A DNA stretch of 64,000 nucleotides. It comes from Lama guanicoe. Its lineage: Eukaryota. The number at the start of each line of letters is the position of its first letter. Position 1 is the first letter of the stretch. The translations under genes were made by a program, and so were the position numbers. Below the pieces are notes generated by a model, which made no database searches, was not told the origin of the DNA, and worked only from the letters and a program-made list of their open reading frames with translations. The stretch is taken from positions 142,017 to 206,016 of the forward strand of contig MU053136.1 of NCBI GenBank assembly GCA_013239625.1, given 5' to 3'. This document shows, in pieces, positions 35,237 to 49,217 of the stretch.

Positions 35237-36600
35237 ACTTTTATTGGTTTAGGTCTTATATGTTGGTCCTTGATCCATTTTGAGTTAATTTTTGTACATG
35301 ATGGATGTTAGGTAAGGGTCTAACTTCATTCTTTTGCATGTAGACGTGCAGTTTCCCCAGCATCACTAGTTGAAAAGACTGTCCATTCTCCATTGAATGG
35401 TCTTGGCAACCTTGTCAAAACTCGTTTGACCAGCTTTGTGAGGGTGTATTTCTATTCCTTTGGTCTATATATCAGTCTTTATTCGAATACCACACTGTTT
35501 TGATTACTGTAGCTTTGTAGTACGTTTTTGAAATCAGAAAGTATTAAGTCTTCCAATTTTGCTATTCTTTTTCAAGATTGTTTTCACCCTTTGGGGTCCC
35601 CTGAGATTCCACATAAATTTTAGGATAGGTTTTTCTATCCCTGCAAAAAATGTCATGGGGATTCTGATAGGGACTGCACTGAATCTGTAGACTGCTTTAG
35701 ATACTACTGACACTTTAAGAATATTGTCTTCTAATTCATGAATGTGAGATGTATTTCTATTTACTTACTTATGTCTTCTTTAATTTCTTTCAGTGATGTC
35801 TTGTAGTCTTCATTGTACAAGTCTTTCACCTCCTCGGTTATGTTAATTTCTGAGTATTTTATTCCTTTTGATGCTATTGTAAATGGACTTGATTTTGCAA
35901 TTTCTTTTTCAGATTATTCATTGTTCATATATAGAAATAATGTTTGTGTATTTTCTTCGTATCCTGCTACTGTGCTGAATTCATTCATTAGATCTAAAAC
36001 TCTTTTTGTGGAGTCTTTAGGATTTTCTACATATTAGATCATATCATCTACAGAGATAACTTTACTTCTTCCTTATCAAGTTGGTTGCCTTTTATATCTT
36101 TTTATTGCCTAATTTCTCTGGCTAGAACTTCCAGTACAATGTCAAATAGAAGTGCTGAAAGCAGGCATCCTTGCCTCGTTCCTGATCTTAGAGGAAAAGC
36201 CTTCAGTCTTTCACCATTCAGTATGACGTTTGCTGTGGGTTTTTTCATGTATGGCTTTTACTATGTGGAGGACGTTTCCTTCTGTTCTTACTTTGTTGAG
36301 GTTTTACCATGGAAGGGTGTTGAATTCTGTCGAATGCTTATTCTGCAGCAATGGAGATGATCACAGGGTCTTTCCCCTTCATTTGGTAATGTCGGGTATT
36401 ACTCTGATGGGTTTTTGTGGTTGAATCATCCTTGCATTCCAGGAATAAATCCCACTTGGGTCATGTACAATCCTTTTTAATATGTTTCTGAATTGTGTTT
36501 GCTAGTGTTTTGTTGAGGATTTTTACATTATGTTCATACAAGATACTTCTCTGTAGTTTCCTTTTATTGTAGTTTTTTGGTCCAGCTTTGGTTTCAGAAT
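35237..36600 (-). mobile_element. LINE-1 ORF2 fragment
   Basis: Reverse-complement ORF2 (gcaggcatccttgcctcgttcctgatcttagagg corresponds to LRSGTRQGC). Confidence 0.85.
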
Positions 36601-38023
36601 TATGATAGCAGAAGTGGAGTGGTCCTGAAACAAAACCCAAAATATAAGGCATTGACATAGCAGGTGGTAGGCACTGAGAAAATTATACTGGAGTCTCAAA
36701 GGAGATGGAAATCCATTTGTGTTAGTAAAGAAGACAGTAAACACTGTTCTGTTAAGGGAAAAAGAGACAATTCTGAATATTTCAAATAGGGAATTTTAAT
36801 ACAGATAATCATTTACAAAAATGTTACAAGTGATGGAGTAGAAAAAAGGGGAAGATAAGATTACTCAATCATTAGTAAATGCAGGAAGTCACTAACTCTA
36901 GGGTCAGTGGAGTAAAAAGGGAAACTGTTACCTAGAGTCTGCCATTGCTGGATACTGAGGCTGCTGCTGTAGAAACCGAGCTGCCTGAACAGGAACTCAG
37001 GATCCCACCACTACCATTGTCACCACTGAACTCCCTTTGCTGTTGTCAGAACCTAACAGGAAACCAGATGATTAGGAAAGTATTCCTACTTGACATTAGA
37101 AAAGATGTTCCAAAAGGGTAAGTGTGGAGCTGAGGGACCTAAGACTCTATCTGGAACATCACGTAAACAATGACAAAATACTTGGTAAAAATGATGCTTA
37201 TAATAATATGGAAAGCATACTACATGCTATTGAACTCAAGGGGAGGGGACTGGAAAAAAGATCAAATGGCCAGTATGCACTGGAAAATGTTGGCTGCATG
37301 ACAAAAAGAGATGAGCTCAGGGAAGAACTGGCTTTTCTGGCAAATAAATATTAAAGAGAGTCACATGTATAGAAACATTAGACCTTAAAGTATTAGAAAA
37401 CTCTAAAGACTCAAAATAGTGGGAAATAAAACTAAGAAGGATAAAATTGTCAAATGTAAAACTACCATAGGGTTTCCAAATTTCTACATAAAGGAAGTGG
37501 GCTCTAAAACTTGTAGAGCCAAATAGCTCATATAACTCAAGAAGAAAAAAACAAACAACCCATTCAAAAAATGGGCAGAAGACCTAAACAAACATCTCTC
37601 CAATGAAGACATACAAATGGCCAATAGGCACATGAAAAGATGCTCAATATTGTTAATTATCAGAAAAATGCAAATCAAAACTACTGTGAGGTATCACCAC
37701 ACATCAGTCAGAATGGCCATCATTCAAAAGTCCACAAATGATAAATGCTGGAGAGAGAAAGGGAACCCTCCTACACTGTTGGTGGGAATGTAGTTTGGTA
37801 CAGCTAGTATGGAAAACAGTATGGAGACATATGATCCAGTAATACCCCTCCTAGGTATATATCTGAAGGAATCTGTAATTCAAAAAGATCCATGCACCCC
37901 AATGTTCATAGCAGCACTATGTACAATAGTCGAGACATGGAAGCAACCATAATATCCATCAACAGAAGACTGGATCAAGAAGTTGTGAGATATATACATA
38001 TATGTGTGTATGTGTATATATGT

Positions 38024-38066
<43 letters not shown>

Positions 38067-39240
38067 GGAATACTACTCAGCCATAAAAAAGAATAAAACA
38101 ATCCTATCTGCAGCAGCATTAATGGAACTGGAGATTGTCATACTAAGTGAAGTCAGCCAGAAAGAGAAAGAAAAATACCATATGATATCACTCATATGTG
38201 GAATCTTAAAAAAAAAAAGACACAAATGAACTTATTTATAAATCAGAAATAAACTCACACACATAGAAAACAAACTTATGGTTACCCTAGGGGAAAGAGG
38301 GGAGTGGAGGGATAAACTGGTAGTTCAAGATTTGCAGACAACTACTATATATAAAATAGACACACAACAAGGTCCTACTGTGAACATAACCAATACCTTG
38401 TAATGGTCTATAATTAAAAAAACATGAAAACGAATATATATATACATGCAACCAAACCACTATGCTGTACACCAGAAACTAACACATTGTAAACTGACTA
38501 TACTTCAGTAAAAACAAAAACCCACCACAAAATAAATAAATGCATACATACATACATACAAAAAAAATCTTGTGTAGCCCCAAGTAGGGAATATGCTCGA
38601 AAGCCCACTTGAGATGTAATCATGGAGGACCGAGACTAAGCAAGCCCCCATCCATGCCAAAATTGGATCCAGGGGTCATGAAGGCTGTAGACAACAATGT
38701 CTACATCGGCGGGAAACTTCACTGCAACTGCCGTATCACTGAGAGCCATTGACCACAGCTGGTCTTCCTGCCGTTCTTACCTTTTCTGAGTGTGAGTGTT
38801 TATTTGTAGCTATTGGGCGCCCACTGTACTGTGTCTGGTGGGGAGGGGGCAAGGCAGAGAAGAGCCACATCTGGAACTGAGGAAGAGGACTTAAAATCCC
38901 CCTGAGGTTTTGGCTTGAACTTGACGCAAGAACCACATGGGGAATTTGGGTTCTCTCCCTTGGGGCTGAGTGTGCTATGCATGTGTGAGTAAAAATAAAA
39001 TGGATATTTGGTGACAAAACGGGGAGACACTGGTAAAAGCCACATCATGTGTTCACAGACTCATTTCATTCTCCTCCTGATCCTACGGCTAAATTACACT
39101 TCCTAGTCTCTGCTGTGGCACTGTGTGACTGAGTTGTGTCCAATTGTGGGTGAAGTGCTGTACACCATTTTCAGTCCTGGCCCTGTAAATACCCTGTGTG
39201 ATCATCCACGTGCTCTTCTGTCATCTGTTTGTGAACCATT
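36600..39240. mobile_element. MaLR internal/LTR remnants interrupted by an L1 3' fragment (37523-38560) containing (CA)n at 38026-38064
   Basis: The L1 part is clear from ORF2 C-terminal peptides; the MaLR assignment is by resemblance only. Confidence 0.5.
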
Positions 39241-39639
39241 GGTTCAAAGTAGAAATGATAACTAGAAAACATTTCCAATTGATTGATAATGAAAATATTG
39301 GTATAGTAAAACGTGCAAGATCAACAAAAAAGAAGAGGAAATCTGAGTCTGATCGATATCTAACTACCAATTTACAGAAAACAGAGGACTGAGGAAAACA
39401 TTACAAGACACCCTGGGGGTGCAATCAGCAAAAACAGACTATGGAAAACAAGGAGGTAAACACATAGTTTCTTTAACAAATAAACTGCAGGAAATAAAAA
39501 ATGGTGGCCAGACTATCTGTAGAGTCAAGGAGATGTAAAGAGCCATAAAAATCTAGTGGAGTATATGGGCCTTATTTGGATTGTGAGTCAAAGAAGCCAA
39601 GCATAGTTTTCTCATTTAAATAAAGCTGAGTGAATCAGG

Positions 39640-42600
39640 AAAATTTGAAAATACTAAATATTTTATTATATTAAAGAATTATTATTAATATTTTATTGTG
39701 ATATGGTATATAATTATATTTTTAAAGGGTCTTTATCTTTTACAGATAAATATGGAAATACATTTTATACGTGGATAAAATGAGATGAGGTCTAGGATTT
39801 GCTCCACCATAATCTGTGAGTGGTGGATGGTGGTGCAAGGAGGTGGGCAGTGGCTAAATGAAATGAAATAATTGTTGAAGCTAGGTGATACACAGGGAGT
39901 CATTATAATACTTCTAATTTTATGTATGTTTTGAATTTTCCGTAATAAAATGTTATAAAAATGCAATCTTTAAATAAACATCCCTTTTGCCCAGTAATTA
40001 TACTTATATGGATGTGTTTACACATATACATATGTAGAATGTAGTAATGTTTCATAATAACAAGAGATCGGTGGGAAAACAATTTTAATCAGGATAGTAA
40101 TAGCACCAAAGTGATGGTACATTCCTAAGTGAAATAATAGGCAACCATAAAAACAAAGGAGGAAGCTCTACATGTATTGCCTTTGAGAAGTCTTTGAGGG
40201 GAACACAATTCCTTTTTATTAAGGGGAATAAAACAAGTTGTAGAGCACTGCACTTAATAGCCTATATTTGCGAGTGAGTAAAGGGAACAGGAAATAAGAA
40301 CCTCTAGTCCTAATTGCTTGTAAATGCACGAAGAACGGCTGGAAGGGCTCACGAAGAGCTAAGAGCAGGTTACCTTGGGGGAGGGGGAGGCACGATGGGA
40401 ACTGGGCACGATGGGAGGCAAGCTGGGAGAGAAGTTTGGGAGGTGTCTATACTGTACACTTGTTTATGCTTTCTGGGTTTTGAATCATAGAAAAGTATTA
40501 TTTATTTTAAAATTATATAAGAAAATTAAAATAGCCATAAAAAACTTATGTTTTTTATGTTTCTTTTTAAGTTTCTAAAAAACTTATGTTTCTCACCAAG
40601 TAGCACTTGGTGAGAAATTTATAAGAGATAAACCAATTAGATAAGAGGAAAAGCTGGGAATGAATGAGCTAAACATTTGTTTTAAGAAGTTGATTCCAAC
40701 TTTTAAATAAATTTAAGTCTTGGGATATAATGCACAGCATGGTGAATATAATAATATATAATAATGCTGTATTATATATTTGAAAGTTGCTAAGAGAGTA
40801 GATCTGAGAAGTTCTCATCACAAGGAAAAAAATTATAACTATGTATGGTGATGGATGTTAGCTAAGCTTCTATTTTGCAATATATACAAAAATCCAAACA
40901 ACAAGTTTCTACTGAATAGCACAGGGAACTATATTCAATATCTTGTAGTAACCTATACTGAAAAAGAATATGAAAAAGAATATATGTATGTATATGTATG
41001 ACTGAAACATTATGCTGTATACCAGAAATTAACACAATTTTGTAAATTGACTATACTTCAATAAAATTTTTTAATCCAATCATTGTTATACATCTGAAAC
41101 TAATATGTCATGTCAATTATATCTCAGTTTTTTAAAAAAGAAGTTGAAAAAAAGAATAGGAAACTAACCCCCACAAAAGGTAGAAGGGAAATAAAAAATG
41201 AAAACTAATAAACCAGAAAATAAAAAGACTATAGAAGCCAAAAATTGGTTCTTTGAAAAGAATAATAAACTGATCAACCTCTGCAGAGATTGGCCAATAA
41301 CAAAAGAGGAAGTCAAAAGTAATCCATGAATAATGAAAAAAGGAACCTAACTACAGGTGCCACAGAGATTAAAAAGATAATTGAAGGATATCGTGAACAA
41401 TTTTATGACAATAAATATGAAAAATCACATAAACTAGATAAATTTCTAAGAAATATAACTTACTAAGACTGACCCAACTAGAAATAGAAAACTTGGAATT
41501 TTTCTAAAACTGCTAAAGGAAATGAATTATAGTTTAAAAATCTTCCCACAAAGAAAACGTAGACCAAGATGCTTTTATAAGTGCATTCTATAAAAAATTG
41601 AATAAAAGATTACAATCTCACACGCTCCTCTGAGTATAGAAGAAAAAGTGAGACCATTTGGAACTAGTGTTTTGAGGCTTGTGTACCCTTGCTCCCGAGC
41701 ATGACAAGGACAGGAACAGCACTAAGAGGAAAGACTGCAGGTGAGTGTCTCTCAGCAGTGTGTATATACAAGAGTCCTTCAAAAAATCAACACATTAGAA
41801 AACATAGTTGGTGGGCTCCTCGACATTGGCCTTGGCAAAGAGTTTTTGGGTGTGACACCAAACCAAGGCAACAAAAGCAAAATAAACAAGTGGGACTACA
41901 TCAAACTAAAAACCTCCCACACAGGAAAGGAAACTACCAACAAAATGAAAAGGCAACCTACTGAACGGAAGAAAATGTTTGCCAGTCATATATCTGAGAA
42001 GGGCTTGATATCCAAAACCTATAAAGAATTCATATAACTCAATAGCAAAACACATACCATCTGATTTTAAAATGGGCAGAAGATCCGAATACGTATTTTT
42101 CCAAAGAAAACATGGCTCCCAGCCAGGCACATGAAAATCATGTACTGATCACCAATCATCAGCAAAACGCAGTCGAAAGCACAAAGCGATGTCACCTCAC
42201 ATCTGTTAGCATGACTATTATCAAAAAGACAAGAAATAGCAAATGAAGAGGATGTGGAGAAGAGGGGAACTTTGTGTGCTGTTGGTAGGACTGTAAGCTG
42301 GAGCAGCCGTTGTAGACAACAGTATGGAGGTTCTCCAAAACTCTGAAAACAGAGTTTCCATATGATCCAGCAATTCACTTCATTTCTGGGTACTTATCAG
42401 AAGAAAATGAAAACACTAATTCAAGGATATATGTACCCCAATGTCCACTGCAGTCTTCTTTACAATACCCAAGAGATGGAAACAGCCTAAGTGTCCACTG
42501 ATGGATGAACAGATAAAGAAAATGTGGTGTATATATATAATGGAATATTATTCAGCTACAAAAGAGAATGAAATCTTGCTATTTATGACAACATGGATGG

Positions 42601-44985
42601 AGCTTGAGGGCATTATGTTACGTGACATAAGACAGGCAGAGAAAGACAAATACTGCATGATCTCACTCATGTGGAGTCTAAAATTAAAGGCAGAAACTGA
42701 GTTCATGGATACAGAGAACAGATTGATGGCTGTCAGAGGTGGGGGGTGAGGGGCGGGGGTCAGAAGGTACAAACTTCTAGTTATGAAATAAGTAAGTCAT
42801 GGGGATGTAATGTACAGCATGGTGACCACAGTTAATAATACTGTACTGCAAGTGTGAAAGTTGCTAGGAGAATAAACCTTAAAAGGTATCACCACAAGAA
42901 AAACTTTCACATGACACAATGTTGTAAACTGACTATAACTCAATACAATAAAATTTAAAAAAAAAAAGAAAAAGTTTCACAGCTATGTGGGGTGACAGAC
43001 ATTAACTAGACTTACTGTGGTGATTATTTTACAAATGGCAAACCGTTATACTGTACACCTGAAACTAATAAAGTGTTATAAGTTAGTCATACCTCAATTT
43101 AAAAAATAGCACACACAAACACACACGCAAATGAACAAACTGAATCCAGTAAGATAGAAAAAGGATAGTCAAGGATAATACCTAATGACCAAATTGGGTT
43201 CATTTCAGGAATGCAAAATTGGTTTAATGTTAAAATAAATAAATCATTATATTTCATATGAAAGTTGGCTTAATAATAAGTTATCAATTAAGTACATTAG
43301 CTTAAATCAGTTTCATACTAATCAATAAAAACTTGAAATATGATCAATTGTTAGGAGTCAGTGAAACTCAAATTAAATTCATAATGAGATACCATTAAAC
43401 ACCCGATAAATTAATTTAAAAGATTAACAGTCTGTCAATACCAAGTATTGGCCAGGATATGAAACACTAGAAACTTTTATACACCATACATGGAGTACAA
43501 TTTTGGAAAATGATCGGCAGTGCCAAATAAAGTGGGCATTATACTAAAATGAACATGGCCTCACCTTCACATCCTATATCCAGCAGTGCACTCCAGGATG
43601 AAACTCTTCCTGAAGAAGTTCTTGTACATAATATTAGGAGGTACTTAAAATAATGTTGCTCATGGCAACAATTTTTGGTAATAGCAGAAAAAATGGAAAC
43701 AATCCAAGTGTCCATGAAAGGTAATTTGAGTGAATAAACGATGATGAACTACACAAAGGAATACTATACAGGCAGGTAAGTGAATGCACTGCAGCTATGG
43801 CCATTGACATGTATGAATCTCACTGACACAGTAAAGAAACAAGGGTCAGAAGACTTCGGTATCTACTCTGGGTGTTTTTATATAGTATGATGCCATTTGT
43901 ATAAATTTCAAGATGGACACACAGATGATAAAACTCTAGAGAAAAGCAGAGCAATTATCCTCAAAAGTCAAGACAGCGGTTACCTCTGCGGTAAGGGGGG
44001 TGCAGGGACGGGGTGTGCAGGGCACGGAGGAGCTTTTAAGGTCCTGTCCATGATCTTCCATAACCTGAAGTGATTAGATCAGGTTTATTATTTATTATTA
44101 TTCCTTAGTTTATTATATATACACCTTTATTATTCCTTAGTTTATTATATATACTCCTTATTATAGCATGTGTATGTTTTATACAGTTTCATGTATTGTG
44201 CCATATTTCACAATAATTTAGAAAAAATGTGATTAGGAGAAAATCATCACAACATTAAGGTATAAGAAGAATAATTTACCACAAAGATATCACAATTCTG
44301 AATTTTTATGCCCCCAACACAGTTTCAAAATTTCTAAAGGAAAAAATTAACAAAATTGCCAAATGCACCACCACAGTGAGAATTTTAATGCACCCTTTCA
44401 ATAATTGCTACCTAGGGAAAAAATTAGCGAAAAATTTGAACAACACAACTAGAATCTTGAACTGAATTATTTGTGAAAGCCCACGCTGTTGTGCACACCC
44501 AGACTATTTCTCACAGTTCACTGCAAAGGAAGGCTCCACAATCACCAAAACAATCACAGCACAACGCCACAAAATTAAATCATCAACAGCAATCACACAA
44601 AGACAATGGAAATAAAATACATCTGTTTAGAAATATAATACATGCAATTCTAAATAAGTTCTGAAGCAAAGTATAAATCACAATGAAAATGGAAACACCT
44701 CATATGAAAACTTGAGAGACACAAACAACACAGCCCTCAGAGTGAAGAGGGCAGCTTTAAACGCATGACTAGGAAAGGAGAAAGGGAGGAAGCGGCCCAC
44801 CAAGAAGTCTGAAGCATAGTTGCAACTCCTATCACGGACGAAGGGATAAACTATTACATGAAGGGCTCTTATAAACTGAGAGAGGAAAAAAAACCAACAC
44901 CCCAATAGGAAACAAGTAAAGAACTGAATGGTTGAAAGAAAAAAGTAAAGGAGGAAGAAAAGACAGCCGCTCTTATGGAATTACA
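39640..44985 (+). repeat. Duplicated block, copy B, expanded by later L1 insertions (~40694-41137 and ~41775-43110)
   Basis: Colinear with 10250-13520; TSD AAGAAGTTGA at 40684-40693 and 41138-41147 matches a single empty site in copy A (~11224). Confidence 0.8.
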
Positions 44986-45149
44986 TATCTTTTCCTAAGA
45001 GGAATGCAAATTAAAGCTGAGCTGAGACATCATTCTTTATCTGATGCCCATCTGATGATTGGCCCAAATTCAAAAGTTTAAAAGTAAACTGAGTTGGCAT
45101 GGCTGTAGGGAAACCAGCATCCTTACGCATTTCTGGAAGGAGAGTGCAT

Positions 45150-45612
45150 TCGCCAGGGTTCCTGAGAAACAGAATGAATAACATACATATATATGGAGAT
45201 TTATTATAAGGAATTCATTTACGTGATCAGGGAACCTAAGTCCCATGATCCGCAGTCAGCAAGTTGGAGGCTCATGCGAGCCAGTGGTGTAGCTTCAGTC
45301 CACATTTGAAGGCCTGAGAACCAGGAGAGCCAACGGTGTAAGTCCCAGCCAGATGGAAGGAGAAGACTCATGCATCAGCGGTAAGGCAGAGAGAGCTCAA
45401 ATTCTCCCTTCATTCACCTTTTTGTTCTATTCAGGGCCTCAACACTTTGGATGATGCCCATCCACATTGTGGAGGTGGGTGATCTGCTTTACCTAGTCTA
45501 CTGATTCAGATGTGAATCTCTTCTAGACACAGACACATCTAGAAATAATGTTCAACCATACATCTGGGTAGTCCATGGCCAGTCAAGGTGTCATATAAAA
45601 TTTAACCACCGC
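45150..45612. mobile_element. ERVL LTR (MLT2-like)
   Basis: cagggttcctgagaaacagaa...ggagatttattataaggaatt...ccagtcaaggtgtcatataaaatttaaccaccgca. Confidence 0.7.
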
Positions 45613-45847
45613 AGAGAATAAATTACTAACACAGGGCAATTTGACAGTACATATCAAAATCACACAAGTGCATTTCTAGGAACTTATTCTATATATATTC
45701 TATAGGTACAAGATTATTCACTATAGCACTTCTGTCTTAATAAAACATTTAAAATAACTTAAATGTCTGTCAACAGGAAACTATGTAGGTAAATGATGGT
45801 ACAGATATATAACAGAATAAATGCAGCCATAAAAAAAGAATAAGAAA

Positions 45848-47740
45848 TGGATCAACAACCTAGATATAAGAGCTAAAATGAAAAACTCAGAAGAAAACAG
45901 GAGTCAATCTTCATGACTTTGGATTTGGTAAATTCTTAGATATGACACCAAAAACACAGTAACAAAAGAGAAAAAGTAGATAAAGTGGCCTTAATTAAAA
46001 TTAAAGATTTTGTGCATCAAAAGGCATTATCAAGAAAGTGAGAAGATAACCAACAGAGTGGGAGAAAATACTTGGAAATTATATATCAGAAAAGAGATTA
46101 ATCTCCAGAATATATGAAGAACTCCTGCAGCTCAACAACAGGGACCCCCGCCCAAAATTTTTAATGGGCAAAAATCTGAATAGACATCACTCCAAAGAGA
46201 TATACAAACGGCCAACATGCACATGAAAGATGATTAATACATGCAAATGAAAATCACCGTGAAATACCACTTCACACACACTAGGATGGCTATAATTTGA
46301 AAAATCGTATATTCAACAACACTATGTTATAAACTTTAAAGTTGCTAAGACACTATATCTTAATTGTTTTCACCACAAAAAGAAATGATAATTGACATGA
46401 TAAGAGGTGTTAGCTAACACTGTGGTGTTAATCATAGAGCAATATATAAATGCATCAAATCAGCATGTTACACACCTTAAGCTTACACAATGTTATGTAT
46501 CAATTATATCTCAATTTTTAAAAAAATCACACCTGTAAGAATAGAAAATAAATGTTGGCAAGAATGTGAAGACATTGAGGGGAGGGGATAGCTCAGTGGT
46601 AGAGTCCATGCTTAGCATGCACAAGGTTCTGGGTTCAATCCCCAGTACCTCTGTTAAATACAAAACAAAAAAGAAATACATAATAAAATAAGTAAAGAAT
46701 GTGGAGAAATTGGAACCCTCATACATTGCTGGTGGAATGTAAAATGTTGCAGCCACTATGAAGTATAGTTTGGCAGTTCTTCAGAAAGTTACAAATAGAA
46801 TTACTGTATAACCCGGCAATTCCATTCCTAGGTATATATCCAAATTATTGAAAACAGCTACTTAAAACATACTTGTACCCGAATGTTCATATACCACTAT
46901 TCACAATAGCCCAAAGGTAGAAACAACCCAAACGTCCACCAATGGATAAATGTATAAACAAAGTATGGTATATACATGTCATAGAATATTATTCAGCCAT
47001 AAAAAAAATGAAGTACTAGTTGACTTAAAGTGTTGTATTTGTTTCTGGTGTACAGCATATATGGACTTGGAGGGCATTACGCCAAGTGAAATAAGTCAGA
47101 GAAAGACAAATACTGTAAGATATCACTTACATGTGGGAATCTAAAAAAATAAACAAACTAGTGAATATAACAGAAAAGAAACAGACTCACAGATGTAGAG
47201 AGGGAACTAGTGGTTAGTTACCAGTGGGGAGAGGGAAGCGGGAGGGGCAAGATGGAGACTTAAAAATGAATGTTCATAGCAGCATTACTCATAACAGCTG
47301 AAGCCTGGAAACAATTCAGATGTCCATTGACTGATGAATGGATAAACAAAGTGTAATATATCCATACAATGGAATATCATCCAACACTAAAAAGGAAAGG
47401 GCTCCTGACACATGCTTCAACATGAATGAATCTCAGAAACATTCTGTGAAATGAAAGAAGTCAGATGCAAAAGAGCATGTATTTTATTATTTTATTTACA
47501 TGAAATGCCAGAAAAAACAAATCTTAGAGAAAGAAAGCAGATCAAGGGGTACTTGGGTTGAGGGTGGGAGTGGGGATTGCCTGCAAATGGGCACTGCGGA
47601 CTTTCTGGGTGATGCTAATGTTCTAAAACTGGATTGCTGTGATGCTTGCACAACTATAACTTAAATAAAAGTTGTAAAATTGTACACATATCAAGGATGA
47701 ATTTTATAGCGTGTAAATGATATCTCAATGTAACTGTTTA
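45848..47740 (+). mobile_element. Nested LINE-1 3' fragments containing a SINE at 46578-46690
   Basis: L1 ORF2 end and 3'UTR motifs; SINE flanked by AAGAATGTG(A/G)AGA(C/A)ATTG repeats. Confidence 0.8.
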
Positions 47741-47771
47741 ACAATGTTTGCCTATTTAAAAGTGAAATAAG

Positions 47772-47927
47772 CGGGGAGGGTATAGCTCAGTGGTACAGCA
47801 TGTGCTTAGCATGCATGAGGTCCTGGGTTCAATCCCCAGTACCTCCATTAAAATAAATAAACCTAATTACCTCCCTCCCCCAACCTAAATAAATAAATAA
47901 ATAAACAAACAAATAAATAAACAAATA
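47772..47927 (+). mobile_element. tRNA-derived SINE with TSD AAAGTGAAATAA
   Basis: Complete head, both boxes and an (AAAT/AAAC)n tail. Confidence 0.88.
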
Positions 47928-48851
47928 AAGTGAAATAAAAGAAGAAGGCTAAGACTAGGTCTTAAGCAAGTCTATAGTGTCTAGGGAGTCACATTTGGAA
48001 ACTTAAACCATAGAGAGATTAGCATAAAAGTCAGGATAATGTTTACTTTTAGTGGAGAATGAGGATTGGAACAGGGCACATGGATGCAATTATGTAATAG
48101 CTGGTAAACTTCTATTTCTTTACTTGGACGGTGTTTACAAAGGTTTTCACCTTTGAAGAACTCGTGAAATTGTGCATTTGCTTTGTGGAGATGTTTATAT
48201 TTTATGTCACAGCAAATTAAATGAGACTTGAAAGAGGCTACTAAACACAAAATCGGTGTAAAAAAATCTATCAGATTTCTATATACCAGTAAAAAGTTAT
48301 AAAATTAAATGTCTAAAAAGATGCTATTTACAAAGACATAGAAATATAAAGTGCATAGTAAACTTAACGAAATTGTACAAGATCTCTGGAGAGATAACTA
48401 TAAAACCTCTTTTTCAACCGTTAACAAGACCTACTAAAAGAAAAAGATACTCATTCCCTATTTAACTTTTGAGTTACCAAGAATTATTTCTTTAATTTGC
48501 CAAAGTATGGTGTTTTATGAAGCTCTTTTGTTATTGATTATAACAATTGTTGGTTACAGAACTTGGCTTTCTACGATAATAATCATTTGCCTATGTCTGT
48601 AAATATGGCAAATATATTAGTTCCCCTCAAATGGATCTGCAGATTAGCATGAAATCTCACTTACATCTCTACTTCATACCATGCACGAAAGTATATACCG
48701 GGAGGATTAGACACGCACATGCACGCACACATGTGAACAGCTGTTTAAAAGCATGAAGAAGATACAAAAAATTATTTCAGAACCTTAGAGTAGGAAAAAC
48801 CTAACTCAACACTCCCCCAAAACTAGAAGCCATCAAGGGAAAGGCAGCGTG

Positions 48852-49085
48852 TGTCAGTGAGGAACACAATGACTAGCACAGTTTGGTTCCATCACCTTGA
48901 TTAGTGCTCAGGGGCCAGCAGTTTTACCCACCATTGATTTTGCACCCTCAGTACAAATGTCAACTCAGAAAAAAAAGGCAAATAACATCTTAGTGTATTA
49001 TGAAAACAGCCTTGATCTCATGGACCCCCAGAAAGGGTCCTGGGGATCCTTGGAAGTACACAGACCATAGTTTGAGAACAGCTGC
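48852..49085. mobile_element. hAT Charlie-family DNA transposon end fragment
   Basis: Ends ...gtacacagaccatagtttgagaacagctg, a Charlie-type terminal sequence. Confidence 0.55.
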
Positions 49086-49217
49086 TTTAAAGGAACAACT
49101 GTTTTATTTCTTAAACCAAACAGTAAGTACACAGGGGTTACTTTTATAATTCTTGTTTAAACTATAGTTTGTATATGTGTGTGTTTCTTTATGTTTATTT
49201 ATTTATAGTAAAAAAAG

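Noticed and set aside
37124..37354. 76-aa ORF with protein-like composition
   Set aside because: Non-ATG start, no splice or promoter support, and embedded in probable MaLR internal sequence.
44095..44160. ~32-bp AT-rich tandem duplication
   Set aside because: Real but a trivial slippage event in an old L1 3' end.
47772..47850. tRNA gene (also at the other A/B-box loci)
   Set aside because: A-rich tails, TSDs and many diverged copies indicate tRNA-derived SINEs.
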